From IMG/VR virus record IMGVR_UViG_3300020469_000011, positions 1-64,000 of that record: a stretch of 64,000 nucleotides of DNA. One strand, written 5' to 3'. Of this stretch, positions 29,672 through 38,356 are shown in pieces. The position numbers and the translations under genes are program-made. The DNA comes from a virus. The notes under the pieces were generated by a model. It saw only the letters and a program-made list of their open reading frames with translations, did no database searches and had not been told where the DNA came from. The first letter of the stretch is position 1. Each line of letters opens with the position of its first letter.

Positions 29672-31054
29672 ATGAATTCAGTTCGTGAAATTGAACATAT
29701 TCGTGAATATTTAAATAAAGAAATAGTAACACGCAAAGAAATTGTACAAGCTGCAAAAGAACTTGGTATTAAACATGGTCCTGTTTTAAGGAAATCTGAA
29801 AAAATTTCTCATGGAGTTTATAATTTAGGAGTAAAAAATAATTCTCTTCCAACACCCGCTCCCAAAAAAGTAGTTCAATTTCCAGAACAAAATAAAGTTG
29901 AAAATAAAGTATCAGAGAATAAAGGATATGTTCCAGATAAAGATCCTTGTTTTGTTCCTTTCGGTGACTTTTCAATTATAGATTCAGTAGTATCCTCAAA
30001 AAAGTTCATGCCTTTAGTTATCACTGGTGATTCAGGAAATGGTAAAACTAAAATGGTGGAACAAGCCTGTGCTAAAAATAAAAGAAACTTTTATCGTATG
30101 AATATTACCGTAGAAACTGATGAAATGGATATTCTTGGTCACTACAACTTAATTAATGGAGAAACTAGATGGGAAGATTCACCTCTAGTAGAAGCAGCAA
30201 AAACAGGTGGTGTAGTTTTACTTGATGAAATATTTGCTGGAAATCCAGCACGTATGTTAGCTTTACAAGGTATTCTTGAAGGAAAACCGTTTCTAATTAA
30301 AAAAACAGGCGAAAGAATTATTCCAAAACAAGGATTTAATATTATCGCTACCGATAATACAAAAGGTAATGGTTCTGATTCTGGACGTTATATTGGTACA
30401 AATATTCAGAATACTGCATTTCTTGAAAGATTTGTCATGTGTATTGAACATGATTATCCTACAAAGATTAAAGAAATTAAAATGCTAGAGAAATATGTAG
30501 AAGAATATTCAATAGAATTAGAAGATGAAAAGTATATTGAAAAATTAGCACAATGGGCAGAAGTTACAAGAAAGTCTTATAAAGATGGTGCTATTGATGA
30601 GCAGATAACAACTCGCAGATTGTTTCACATTATGGATATTTTTTCTTTATTAAAAGATAAAGAGAAGGCTATTTTGTACGCAATTTCACGTTTTGATGAA
30701 GAAGTGAAAGATTCTTTTCTATCTCTGTATAAGAAAATTGATGAGACTATAATTGACCCAAATCATCAACCAATACAAAAATATAATTTTGAAAATATAT
30801 CGGAAGTAGTAGATCGTGTAATAGAATTAAATCATTCAAAATTAGGAGAATTGGTTTTTGTAAAGGGAGTAAACAACGAATTTAATAATTGGTTGTCAGA
30901 TTTTCCAGAAATACATGAAGCAGATATACAATGGAAAAGTAAAGAATTATCAGCAGAAGATATAGAATTTTATGAAAACTGGATTGCTGAGAAATTTGAA
31001 GAATTTATATTAAAAGAAAAATCTAACGCATATAAAAAAGGTATGAACTTTTAA
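29672..31054 (+). CDS. MoxR/CbbQ-type AAA+ ATPase (phage CobS-like)
   Basis: GDSGNGKT, LLDEI, ATDNT, AFLERF, ITTRRL. Confidence 0.88.
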   Translation: MNSVREIEHIREYLNKEIVTRKEIVQAAKELGIKHGPVLRKSEKISHGVYNLGVKNNSLPTPAPKKVVQFPEQNKVENKVSENKGYVPDKDPCFVPFGDFSIIDSVVSSKKFMPLVITGDSGNGKTKMVEQACAKNKRNFYRMNITVETDEMDILGHYNLINGETRWEDSPLVEAAKTGGVVLLDEIFAGNPARMLALQGILEGKPFLIKKTGERIIPKQGFNIIATDNTKGNGSDSGRYIGTNIQNTAFLERFVMCIEHDYPTKIKEIKMLEKYVEEYSIELEDEKYIEKLAQWAEVTRKSYKDGAIDEQITTRRLFHIMDIFSLLKDKEKAILYAISRFDEEVKDSFLSLYKKIDETIIDPNHQPIQKYNFENISEVVDRVIELNHSKLGELVFVKGVNNEFNNWLSDFPEIHEADIQWKSKELSAEDIEFYENWIAEKFEEFILKEKSNAYKKGMNF

Positions 31055-31067
31055 TTTTATACTAGCT

Positions 31068-31118
31068 AAATAGTAGGGTAAAACTGAAGTGTAGTGACTT
31101 TCCCTACTATTTTATTTT
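31068..31118 (+). terminator. hairpin / probable terminator
   Basis: AAATAGTAGGG (31068-78)/CCCTACTATTT (31102-12) followed by a T-rich tract. Confidence 0.55.
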
Positions 31119-31139
31119 AATTTTATTAGGAGTATATTA

Positions 31140-32042
31140 ATGGCAGAAGAAGTTAATGGTATGAAAACGCAACTAGAACCTAAAGATTTTGAAGGTAAAT
31201 CTTTAATGGTTTGTATGCCTTGTTATGGTGGAATGATGGTAGCTGAAACTGCATCTCGCCTTATTGATCTCAATACATTATGTTCTTATTTCGGAATTAA
31301 ACTTCAATGTAAATTTATTATGAATGAAAGTTTAATTCAAAGAGCAAGAAACTACCTTACTCATTATTTTGAAATCTCTGAATTTTCACACATGGTATTC
31401 ATTGATGCTGATATCGTGTTTGACCCTAGAGATGTTTTGCACTTATTGCATTTGTCTGATGATGAGCATGAAATTATTGGAGGACTTTATCCTAAAAAAC
31501 ATATTCTTTGGCCGAGAGTTAAAGCCGCAGCGGGAATTGATGGATTTTTAGATGACCCAAATAAACTATCTGAGTTTGGTGGAGACTTTGTTTTTAATCC
31601 AGCACAACGTGGTGAAATTCAAATTTTTAAACCTGTTGAAGTTTTAGAAATTGGTACTGGATTTATGATGATAAGTAAATCTGCACTAGAAACATATCGT
31701 GATAATTATCCAAATTATGAATACAGACCGGATCATAATCATTCAAAAGATTTTAATGGTTCTAAAAATATCACAGCATATTTTCATGTAGACTTTGATA
31801 GACCTGAAACAACCGGCGGAGAGACAAATCGTCTTCTGTCAGAAGATTATTTCTTTTGTCAAATGTCAAGAAAAGCTGGAACTAAAATTTGGGCATGTCC
31901 TTGGATGCAACTTTCTCATGTGGGAACATATGTATATCGTGGATCTGTACAAGCGTTGGCAGCAATGGAGCAAGTTCAATCTAGAACTCAGAGTATGAAA
32001 ATTCCTACTGCAGAAGAACTTCAAATTGATATCAAAGAATAA
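31140..32042 (+). CDS. GT-A fold glycosyltransferase-like protein
   Basis: MPCYGG, ESLIQRARN, FIDADI, GLYPKK, GTGFM, LSEDYFFC, HVG. Confidence 0.8.
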   Translation: MAEEVNGMKTQLEPKDFEGKSLMVCMPCYGGMMVAETASRLIDLNTLCSYFGIKLQCKFIMNESLIQRARNYLTHYFEISEFSHMVFIDADIVFDPRDVLHLLHLSDDEHEIIGGLYPKKHILWPRVKAAAGIDGFLDDPNKLSEFGGDFVFNPAQRGEIQIFKPVEVLEIGTGFMMISKSALETYRDNYPNYEYRPDHNHSKDFNGSKNITAYFHVDFDRPETTGGETNRLLSEDYFFCQMSRKAGTKIWACPWMQLSHVGTYVYRGSVQALAAMEQVQSRTQSMKIPTAEELQIDIKE

Positions 32043-32070
32043 CTTTACATTTTAGACAATATATGATATA

Positions 32071-32319
32071 ATGATTATTATCATTCAACCTCATGAATTG
32101 CTAGGAAAATTTAAGAATGAACCTGCGAAAATTGATAGAATGTATAATTTAGGAATAGATTACGCTACAAATACATTAGATTGTGTGTTTGAAGATGAAT
32201 GCGTAACCGTGTTTAATTTTAAAGATTATGGGATTATAATAGACAATCGGTGGAATACCTATGAAATTTCTAAAGGTATGGCTGGTATTTTAATTGAAAT
32301 CGTGACCACTAAGGAGTAA
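32071..32319 (+). CDS. hypothetical protein
   Basis: ORF after a TTTACA-17-TATAAT promoter; possibly leaderless. Confidence 0.45.
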   Translation: MIIIIQPHELLGKFKNEPAKIDRMYNLGIDYATNTLDCVFEDECVTVFNFKDYGIIIDNRWNTYEISKGMAGILIEIVTTKE

Positions 32320-32324
32320 TCGTT

Positions 32325-33035
32325 ATGAAGCTTTCAAAATCTGATTTATTACTATTAAATAATTTTGCATCCATTAATGAATCAATTCATTTTTATGAAG
32401 GAGCATTACAAAGTACAGTAGCAAATTCTAGAAATCATTTTGCTTTTGCTACTTTTGAAGAAGAGTTTCCAAAAGAGTTTTGTATATTTGATTTAAATCA
32501 TTTTATTTCAGTATACTCTCTAGTAAATTCAACAGGTGATACTGTTTTAGAATTTCCAGAGGATAAACAACATCTAGTGATCAAGTCAGATAAAACAAGT
32601 CAAGATATTCGTTTTTGTGATCCTAACATTATAGAAGAACTTGATAAGTCTAAAAGATATGAAATTGAAAAACCACAAATTAAATTTACAATAAGTGAAA
32701 CATTATTAGAATATGGAAAAAAAGCTGCCGCTATTAATGGATTTATGAATTTAGTTTTTGAAGGAGACGGTACTGAAATTTATATGGTTTCAGAAACCGT
32801 ATCACAAAACGGCAGTAATAATTCATCAGAAAGACATAGAAGAAAAATTGAACATGAGAATACTACTGGAAAACCATTTAGTGCCGTGTTTGAAGTATCC
32901 AAGTTAAAGATGTTAAGTGATGATTATGAAGTGAGAATAGCAGCAGCAGGAGGAGCACAATTTACATCTAAAAATAGAGAATATAAGTTTTTTGCTGCAT
33001 TACAACAACCAGTAACTGGACTAGAAGAGGAATAG
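32325..33035 (+). CDS. sliding clamp gp45
   Basis: MKLSK..L.LL.NFASIN, F.IFDLN.F, LKML.DDYEV. Confidence 0.88.
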   Translation: MKLSKSDLLLLNNFASINESIHFYEGALQSTVANSRNHFAFATFEEEFPKEFCIFDLNHFISVYSLVNSTGDTVLEFPEDKQHLVIKSDKTSQDIRFCDPNIIEELDKSKRYEIEKPQIKFTISETLLEYGKKAAAINGFMNLVFEGDGTEIYMVSETVSQNGSNNSSERHRRKIEHENTTGKPFSAVFEVSKLKMLSDDYEVRIAAAGGAQFTSKNREYKFFAALQQPVTGLEEE

Positions 33036-33036
33036 T

Positions 33037-33345
33037 ATGTCATATAATATATGTTCTTGTAAACTTTCTTCAGGTGAAGAAATTATTGCTAAAGTAGAAG
33101 ATCACCAAAATTATCTAAACCCTACAGGTACTATTGAAATAAAAAATCCTTTTGTATTAATTCAAACACAACAAGGAGTGGGAATGATGCCTTGGATAAA
33201 TACAGGGTCAACAGAAACTGTAACTCTCAAAACAAGTCATATAATGACTATTGTTTCATCTAAGTCAGAAGTTGAGTCAATGTATGTTAAGGCAACTTCG
33301 GGTATTGATATTGCTTCAGCGGATGCTTCATCTATTATTATGTAA
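33037..33345 (+). CDS. conserved T4-like Sm-fold hypothetical protein
   Basis: KLSSGEEIIA...I.NP...GMMPW...Y...TSGI. Confidence 0.65.
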   Translation: MSYNICSCKLSSGEEIIAKVEDHQNYLNPTGTIEIKNPFVLIQTQQGVGMMPWINTGSTETVTLKTSHIMTIVSSKSEVESMYVKATSGIDIASADASSIIM

Positions 33346-33346
33346 T

Positions 33347-33919
33347 ATGAAAAAAATTATTATGTGTTTTTTAGCACTTATGTTATCTTATACAAATATA
33401 AGTGCAAGTGATAAAAAAATCAATGTCTTTTATAATGATTTACGTTTTGAAAGGAGTATAAAATATTGTATATCAAGAGCCAATAAAAAGCAGTATTTAG
33501 AATTTATAGAACCTGTGTTTTCAAAATATAAATTACCAAATATGCTTACTTTTATACCAGTAATAGAAAGTTGTTTTAATCCATATGCCAAGTCATCTCA
33601 AGGTGCATTAGGCATGTGGCAAATAAATGATATTACAGCAAGACATGTAGGATTAAAAGAAGGGTTCATCACAGATGAAAGATACAATTGGAAAAAATCT
33701 ACAGTTGCTGCCGCTAAATATTTACTCTTTTTAAGAGAACGGTTTGATAATTGGGAATTAGTATTAGCAGCATATAATGTAGGTCCTACATTTTTAAGAG
33801 GACAAATTTCAAAATATAAGACATCTAACATTGAGAGATTAAAATTACCTAAAGAAACTAGAGATTATGTTCACAAGTTTAGGGCTTTATTTGAATACCT
33901 AAAATTATTAAGGAGTTGA
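33347..33919 (+). CDS. lytic transglycosylase (SLT) with signal peptide
   Basis: IESCFNP.A.S..GALGMWQ, LAAYNVG, ETRDYV; likely start at ATG 33347. Confidence 0.9.
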   Translation: MKKIIMCFLALMLSYTNISASDKKINVFYNDLRFERSIKYCISRANKKQYLEFIEPVFSKYKLPNMLTFIPVIESCFNPYAKSSQGALGMWQINDITARHVGLKEGFITDERYNWKKSTVAAAKYLLFLRERFDNWELVLAAYNVGPTFLRGQISKYKTSNIERLKLPKETRDYVHKFRALFEYLKLLRS

Positions 33920-33926
33920 TAAAATT

Positions 33927-34232
33927 ATGAGTAACCAAAACAATCTCACTTCTGTTGTTTTACCTTCAGCAGAAGCTGATTTATTAGCGATACAAAAAGT
34001 ATTGAAAGAAATTTCAGATTGCATGACCAGAATGGATTCCGAAAAAGATTTTATTAAGGATGCACTAAGTGATTTATCTAAGCAATATCAAATACCTAAA
34101 GCTATGTTAACCCGTGTAGCAAAAGCTTTTCATAAAAGAAATATTGCCGAAGAACGTGCGAAAACAGAGGACGTTTTCTATTTGTATGATGGAATATTTT
34201 CAACAGTAAAAAACAAGAAATTAGAAGAGTAG
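33927..34232 (+). CDS. dsDNA-binding protein DsbA-like (T4 family)
   Basis: LKEISD.MTR...EKDFIKD...Y.IPK......AKAFHK. Confidence 0.7.
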   Translation: MSNQNNLTSVVLPSAEADLLAIQKVLKEISDCMTRMDSEKDFIKDALSDLSKQYQIPKAMLTRVAKAFHKRNIAEERAKTEDVFYLYDGIFSTVKNKKLEE

Positions 34233-34354
34233 TAAAATGACCTCAATGTTTTTATTTGCCGTAGGATTTGGACTTGGTGTTGGAGCAGGATTATATATTT
34301 CAAAATATGCCTTGCCAAAAGAATAATAATATGTTATAATGAGGAGAATTCGTA

Positions 34355-34549
34355 ATGTATAAAAATAGTAAAGCCGCTAAAGACATCAGAAGAAAATCTG
34401 CTATCTCAAGATTAGAAAATAATATTTCTGCTTATCAACAGACAATGACTGTTACTAAAGATCAGGAGATTTTGAAAAAACTTCAAAACAAAATAAAAGC
34501 TCATAAGCTCACTATTGAAAATACTAATAATAATTTGAAACAGTATTAA
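34355..34549 (+). CDS. hypothetical protein
   Basis: GAGGAG RBS. Confidence 0.5.
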   Translation: MYKNSKAAKDIRRKSAISRLENNISAYQQTMTVTKDQEILKKLQNKIKAHKLTIENTNNNLKQY

Positions 34550-34587
34550 GATGGAGATGTACTAATTATTAATTATATTATGGAGTT

Positions 34588-35541
34588 GTGATTATGATCA
34601 TTCGTGAAGAATTTTTATGGGTTCAGAAATATCGTCCAAAAAGTGTACAAGAATTAATCCTTCCTGAAGATATTAGAGATACCTTAACTTCATTTGTAGA
34701 ACAAGGTAGCTTACCTAATTTTCTTTTTCATTCTCAATCTGGTGGTACTGGTAAAACAAGTGCCGCTTTGGCTATTGCTCATCAATTAGACCTTGATGTA
34801 ATGATGATTAACGCATCTGAGGAAAGGTCTATTGATATTATACGAAATAAAATGACTGATTTTTGTTCTGCTATGGCACTTGACGGTAGAAGAAAAATGA
34901 TGATATTAGATGAAGCAGATCATCTGCCAGATTTAAGTCAAAATGCTTTGAGGAACTTTTTTGAAAAATTTTCCTCTAATTGTTCTTTTGTTATGACTGC
35001 AAATCAAGCTCAAAGAATTATATCCCCCCTACACTCTAGATGTTCCGTTATTGAATTTAAATTTCCTAAAGCAGAGAAACCGAAATTAGCTGGTGAATTT
35101 TACCAAAGAATATGTAATATTTTAACAGAAGAAAACATTACTTTTGATAAGAAATTAATTCAACATGCTATTGTGCATTTTTTCCCAGACTTTCGTAGAT
35201 GTATAAATGAATTACAAAGATACAGTGCTACCGGACAACTTTCAGATAAAATACTTTCAAATGTACAAAATGAAAAAATAGATGCCTTATTAGAAGCGAT
35301 TGAAAGTAAGAAATTTAATTCTGTTCGTAAATTTATTCTTGAAAATTGGCATGGAACTGAACAAGAGTTATATCGTTCAGTATACGAAGAACTTATGCAA
35401 AAGGCAAGTCCTCAATCAATACCGGATATTATTTTAATACTTTCTAAGTATGGATTTGAATCTACGTTTGCTGTAGATAAAGAAATACATACTTTAGCTT
35501 GTATGGTTGAGTTAATGAGTTTGCCTATTGAATTTAAGTGA
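34588..35541 (+). CDS. clamp loader large subunit gp44
   Basis: LWVQKYRP, GTGKT, INASEE, ILDEAD, PLHSRC, FPDFRR. Confidence 0.95.
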   Translation: MIMIIREEFLWVQKYRPKSVQELILPEDIRDTLTSFVEQGSLPNFLFHSQSGGTGKTSAALAIAHQLDLDVMMINASEERSIDIIRNKMTDFCSAMALDGRRKMMILDEADHLPDLSQNALRNFFEKFSSNCSFVMTANQAQRIISPLHSRCSVIEFKFPKAEKPKLAGEFYQRICNILTEENITFDKKLIQHAIVHFFPDFRRCINELQRYSATGQLSDKILSNVQNEKIDALLEAIESKKFNSVRKFILENWHGTEQELYRSVYEELMQKASPQSIPDIILILSKYGFESTFAVDKEIHTLACMVELMSLPIEFK

Positions 35542-35548
35542 GTGCGCT

Positions 35549-35983
35549 ATGGAAAATTTTTTTGGATTAGAAAATAAGGAAGAAGTTGAATATGAATTAG
35601 AAAAGACAAAACAAAATAATGTATTTGATTATGTAAAATCAATTAATAATAAAGACAACTACTTAGGAGATAATTTAGATAATTATTCATCATATATAAT
35701 AACAAGAGCATTAGCTAGTTATTCAGATTGTATTTTTTATGTAAAAGAAATTAATCTTTATCCATCATTAGGTGATAGACTTGAATATGATTTTTACTAT
35801 TATGGAATTAGTAAAAAGAAAAGATTCGCAGAATGGATGAAAAGAAATAATGCTGATGTAGATATTGTTTCTAAATTCTATAATGTTTCTAAAAAGAAAG
35901 CTCTTGAATTTTTAGATATTTTGACAGAAAGTGAAATGAAATATATAAAGAATTCACTACATTATGGTGTTATAGAAAAATGA
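35549..35983 (+). CDS. clamp loader small subunit gp62
   Basis: FDYVKSIN, Y..YII.RAL, KKKRF..W; located between gp44 and regA. Confidence 0.88.
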   Translation: MENFFGLENKEEVEYELEKTKQNNVFDYVKSINNKDNYLGDNLDNYSSYIITRALASYSDCIFYVKEINLYPSLGDRLEYDFYYYGISKKKRFAEWMKRNNADVDIVSKFYNVSKKKALEFLDILTESEMKYIKNSLHYGVIEK

Positions 35984-35988
35984 AAAAA

Positions 35989-35996
35989 TATAAATA
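35989..35996 (+). promoter_or_regulatory. T4-type late promoter TATAAATA
   Basis: Exact consensus upstream of regA. Confidence 0.45.
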
Positions 35997-36047
35997 TATA
36001 GCGATGAATATATTATTTAAATATAAAAAATACTAAGGAGATTGTTT

Positions 36048-36467
36048 ATGTTACCTGATGAATCAATGGAAGATATTTTCCGTGGTGTTGGTGTGGAAGT
36101 AAATTTGAAAAGTCAAGATGATTTTTTGAAAGTAAGAGAAACATTGACTAGAATAGGAATAGCTTCTAAAAAAGAAAAAAAATTATACCAATCATGTCAT
36201 ATTTTACATAAAAGAGGTAGATACGTTATTCTTTCTTTTAAAGAATTATTTAAACTAGATGGAAAAGAAAGCAATTTTACTGAATCTGATTTAGCAAGGA
36301 GAAACACAATAGCAAAACTTTTACATGATTGGAGTTTAGTTGAAATAAAAGAATTGGAAAGAGTTGAAGAACCAAATGTTCCAATTTCCCAAATTAAAAT
36401 TATTCCACATAAAGAAAAAACTCAGTGGGAACTTGTCGCTAAATATCAAGTTGGTTCTAAAAATTAA
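36048..36467 (+). CDS. regA: translational repressor RegA
   Basis: DDFLKVRETLTRIGIAS, LYQSCHILHK.GRY, FKELF.LDG, RRNTIA.LL.DW. Confidence 0.95.
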   Translation: MLPDESMEDIFRGVGVEVNLKSQDDFLKVRETLTRIGIASKKEKKLYQSCHILHKRGRYVILSFKELFKLDGKESNFTESDLARRNTIAKLLHDWSLVEIKELERVEEPNVPISQIKIIPHKEKTQWELVAKYQVGSKN

Positions 36468-36504
36468 CTATTAATACTAAAATATAATTATCAAGTGATG
36501 TATT

Positions 36505-36693
36505 ATGGAAAAAATGAGTCCTTTCAAAAAAAGATCAAATAAAACTATTGAAGTAAACGCATTTAGTAAAAAATCTTTTATAAATGAATTTACTAGCATT
36601 GTAATGAATGAAAATCTAAACACAGATCAAAAAACTTTATTGTTATATAATCATTGTCTCTATGACAAAAACAGTCCTTTAAACATGAAATAG
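36505..36693 (+). CDS. hypothetical protein
   Basis: Small ORF. Confidence 0.4.
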   Translation: MEKMSPFKKRSNKTIEVNAFSKKSFINEFTSIVMNENLNTDQKTLLLYNHCLYDKNSPLNMK

Positions 36694-36701
36694 AGTTAAT
36701 T

Positions 36702-37238
36702 ATGGAAAATTGGAAAGTTATTACCGAAGAAGCTAATACTTTAGGAGTTTATAAAATAAATGAATATGCGACTATCCCAACTTTTGCGACTAAAGGTTCT
36801 GCTTGTTTTGATGTATATACATCTTTAGCAAGTCATAAAGAAATAACTTCTTATAATCATGCACACTCAGAGGTTGTTAAACTAAAAGTAGAAGAAGATT
36901 CTGTAAAAGTTTATAGAGGATTTCGTGTCATGATACCCACCGGAATTATATTTGATATACCAAAAGGATATAGTGTTCGTTTACATCCCAGATCCGGACT
37001 TGCGTTAAAAAATGGAGTGACATTGGTAAACCAGGAAGCAATTATAGATTCCGATTACGTCCAAGAAACTTTTGTTTTAATTGAAAATACTTCTATGGTT
37101 TCATTTGAGATTACTCATGGTATGAGAATGTGCCAAGGAGAACTTGTAAAAAATATAGAAACTCAATTAAAAGAAACATTTTTACCACCCATAGAAAAAG
37201 AACGTAAAGGAGGATTTGGTTCTACAGGAACTAAATAA
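36702..37238 (+). CDS. dut: trimeric dUTPase
   Basis: GSACFD, IPTG, PRSGLA, IIDSDY, RKGGFGSTG. Confidence 0.93.
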   Translation: MENWKVITEEANTLGVYKINEYATIPTFATKGSACFDVYTSLASHKEITSYNHAHSEVVKLKVEEDSVKVYRGFRVMIPTGIIFDIPKGYSVRLHPRSGLALKNGVTLVNQEAIIDSDYVQETFVLIENTSMVSFEITHGMRMCQGELVKNIETQLKETFLPPIEKERKGGFGSTGTK

Positions 37239-37250
37239 ATCATATGAGAG

Positions 37251-37715
37251 ATGAATGAATTAAATATAGCAGATATAAAGGATTATGCTGATATTAATAA
37301 TATATTTGAACAACATCGTGAATTTTTTCCACATATAAGAAAAGATTATATAGAAAGAAATATTCATGACAAAAATGTTATTTATCAAAATGAAGTTGTA
37401 ATTTTTTATAAGAAATATAAAAGAAAAACAAAATTAGGTAATGTATACGCTTCAAAAGATAATTATATTTTACATCAAATAGCTACCAAATATCATGATG
37501 GTAGAGCATCTAAAATATTTAAATTATTTTTAGAAAATCTAGATAATAAATTATATTTAACGGTTCGTAAAAATAATAAAAAAGCGATAGAATTTTATAT
37601 AAAAAATAAAATGGTAGAAGTAGGTAGCATATCTTGGAAGGAAAATACAATTCCAGGATGTGTTTTTTTATATAATAATATTAAAGATAATTATGAAAAA
37701 TTTGGGATATTATAA
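37251..37715 (+). CDS. GNAT-family acetyltransferase
   Basis: LHQIA...G.AS...LTVRKNNKKAIEFY. Confidence 0.7.
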   Translation: MNELNIADIKDYADINNIFEQHREFFPHIRKDYIERNIHDKNVIYQNEVVIFYKKYKRKTKLGNVYASKDNYILHQIATKYHDGRASKIFKLFLENLDNKLYLTVRKNNKKAIEFYIKNKMVEVGSISWKENTIPGCVFLYNNIKDNYEKFGIL

Positions 37716-37893
37716 GAAATCTTTTACTATAGGAATTGTCTTATACGTTATTTGGTTACTTGTATTTCATACAAGTTTCAGTACAAGGAATGAGTACACT
37801 GAATTTCATTATGATAATTTAAAAAGAATGTGTGAATTTAATTATGATAAGTTACATAGAGATGTGCAACCATATTGTAATAACTTTAATTAA
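37693..37893 (+). CDS. small single-TM membrane protein
   Basis: FTIGIVLYVIWLLVF hydrophobic stretch, directly upstream of the endolysin. Confidence 0.5.
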   Translation: MKNLGYYKKSFTIGIVLYVIWLLVFHTSFSTRNEYTEFHYDNLKRMCEFNYDKLHRDVQPYCNNFN

Positions 37894-37902
37894 GGAATAC
37901 GC

Positions 37903-38352
37903 ATGTTTAGATTATCACAAAGGTCTTTAGACAGATTAGACGGAGTTAAACCAGACCTAGTTAATGTAGTTAAAAGAGCAATTGAATTAACTAAAATTGA
38001 CTTTGGCGTTATTGAAGGAGTAAGAACAGAAGAAAGACAGAAAGAACTTGTTGCCAAAGGAGCAAGTAAAACAATGAAATCAAAGCATCTTACAGGTAAT
38101 GCTGTTGATTTGATGGCATATGTGGCAGGTAGAGGTTGTTGGGAATTAAATGTATATGATGAAATAGCAGATGCGGTAAAACATGCTGCTATAGAAGAGG
38201 GTGTAGAAGTTAAATGGGGAGCAGCCTGGAGTATTGATTGTTTAAATGATTGGGATGGAACTGCAGAAGAAGCAATGAATTCCTATGTTGATTTAAGAAG
38301 ATCACAAGGTAGAAGGCCATTTATTGATGCACCACATTTTGAGTTAGTATAA
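37903..38352 (+). CDS. M15-family (L-Ala-D-Glu) peptidase endolysin
   Basis: FRLSQRS..RL.GV.PDL, EGVRT.ERQ, SKHLTGNAVD, WG..W, D.PHFEL. Confidence 0.9.
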   Translation: MFRLSQRSLDRLDGVKPDLVNVVKRAIELTKIDFGVIEGVRTEERQKELVAKGASKTMKSKHLTGNAVDLMAYVAGRGCWELNVYDEIADAVKHAAIEEGVEVKWGAAWSIDCLNDWDGTAEEAMNSYVDLRRSQGRRPFIDAPHFELV

Positions 38353-38356
38353 AAAT

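Noticed and set aside
33251-33346. Upstream extension of the SLT ORF; similar extensions for purL (9760), gp62 (35528) and the flavodoxin-fold gene (41191)
   Set aside because: The extensions overlap upstream genes, and downstream ATGs fit signal peptides or family starts better
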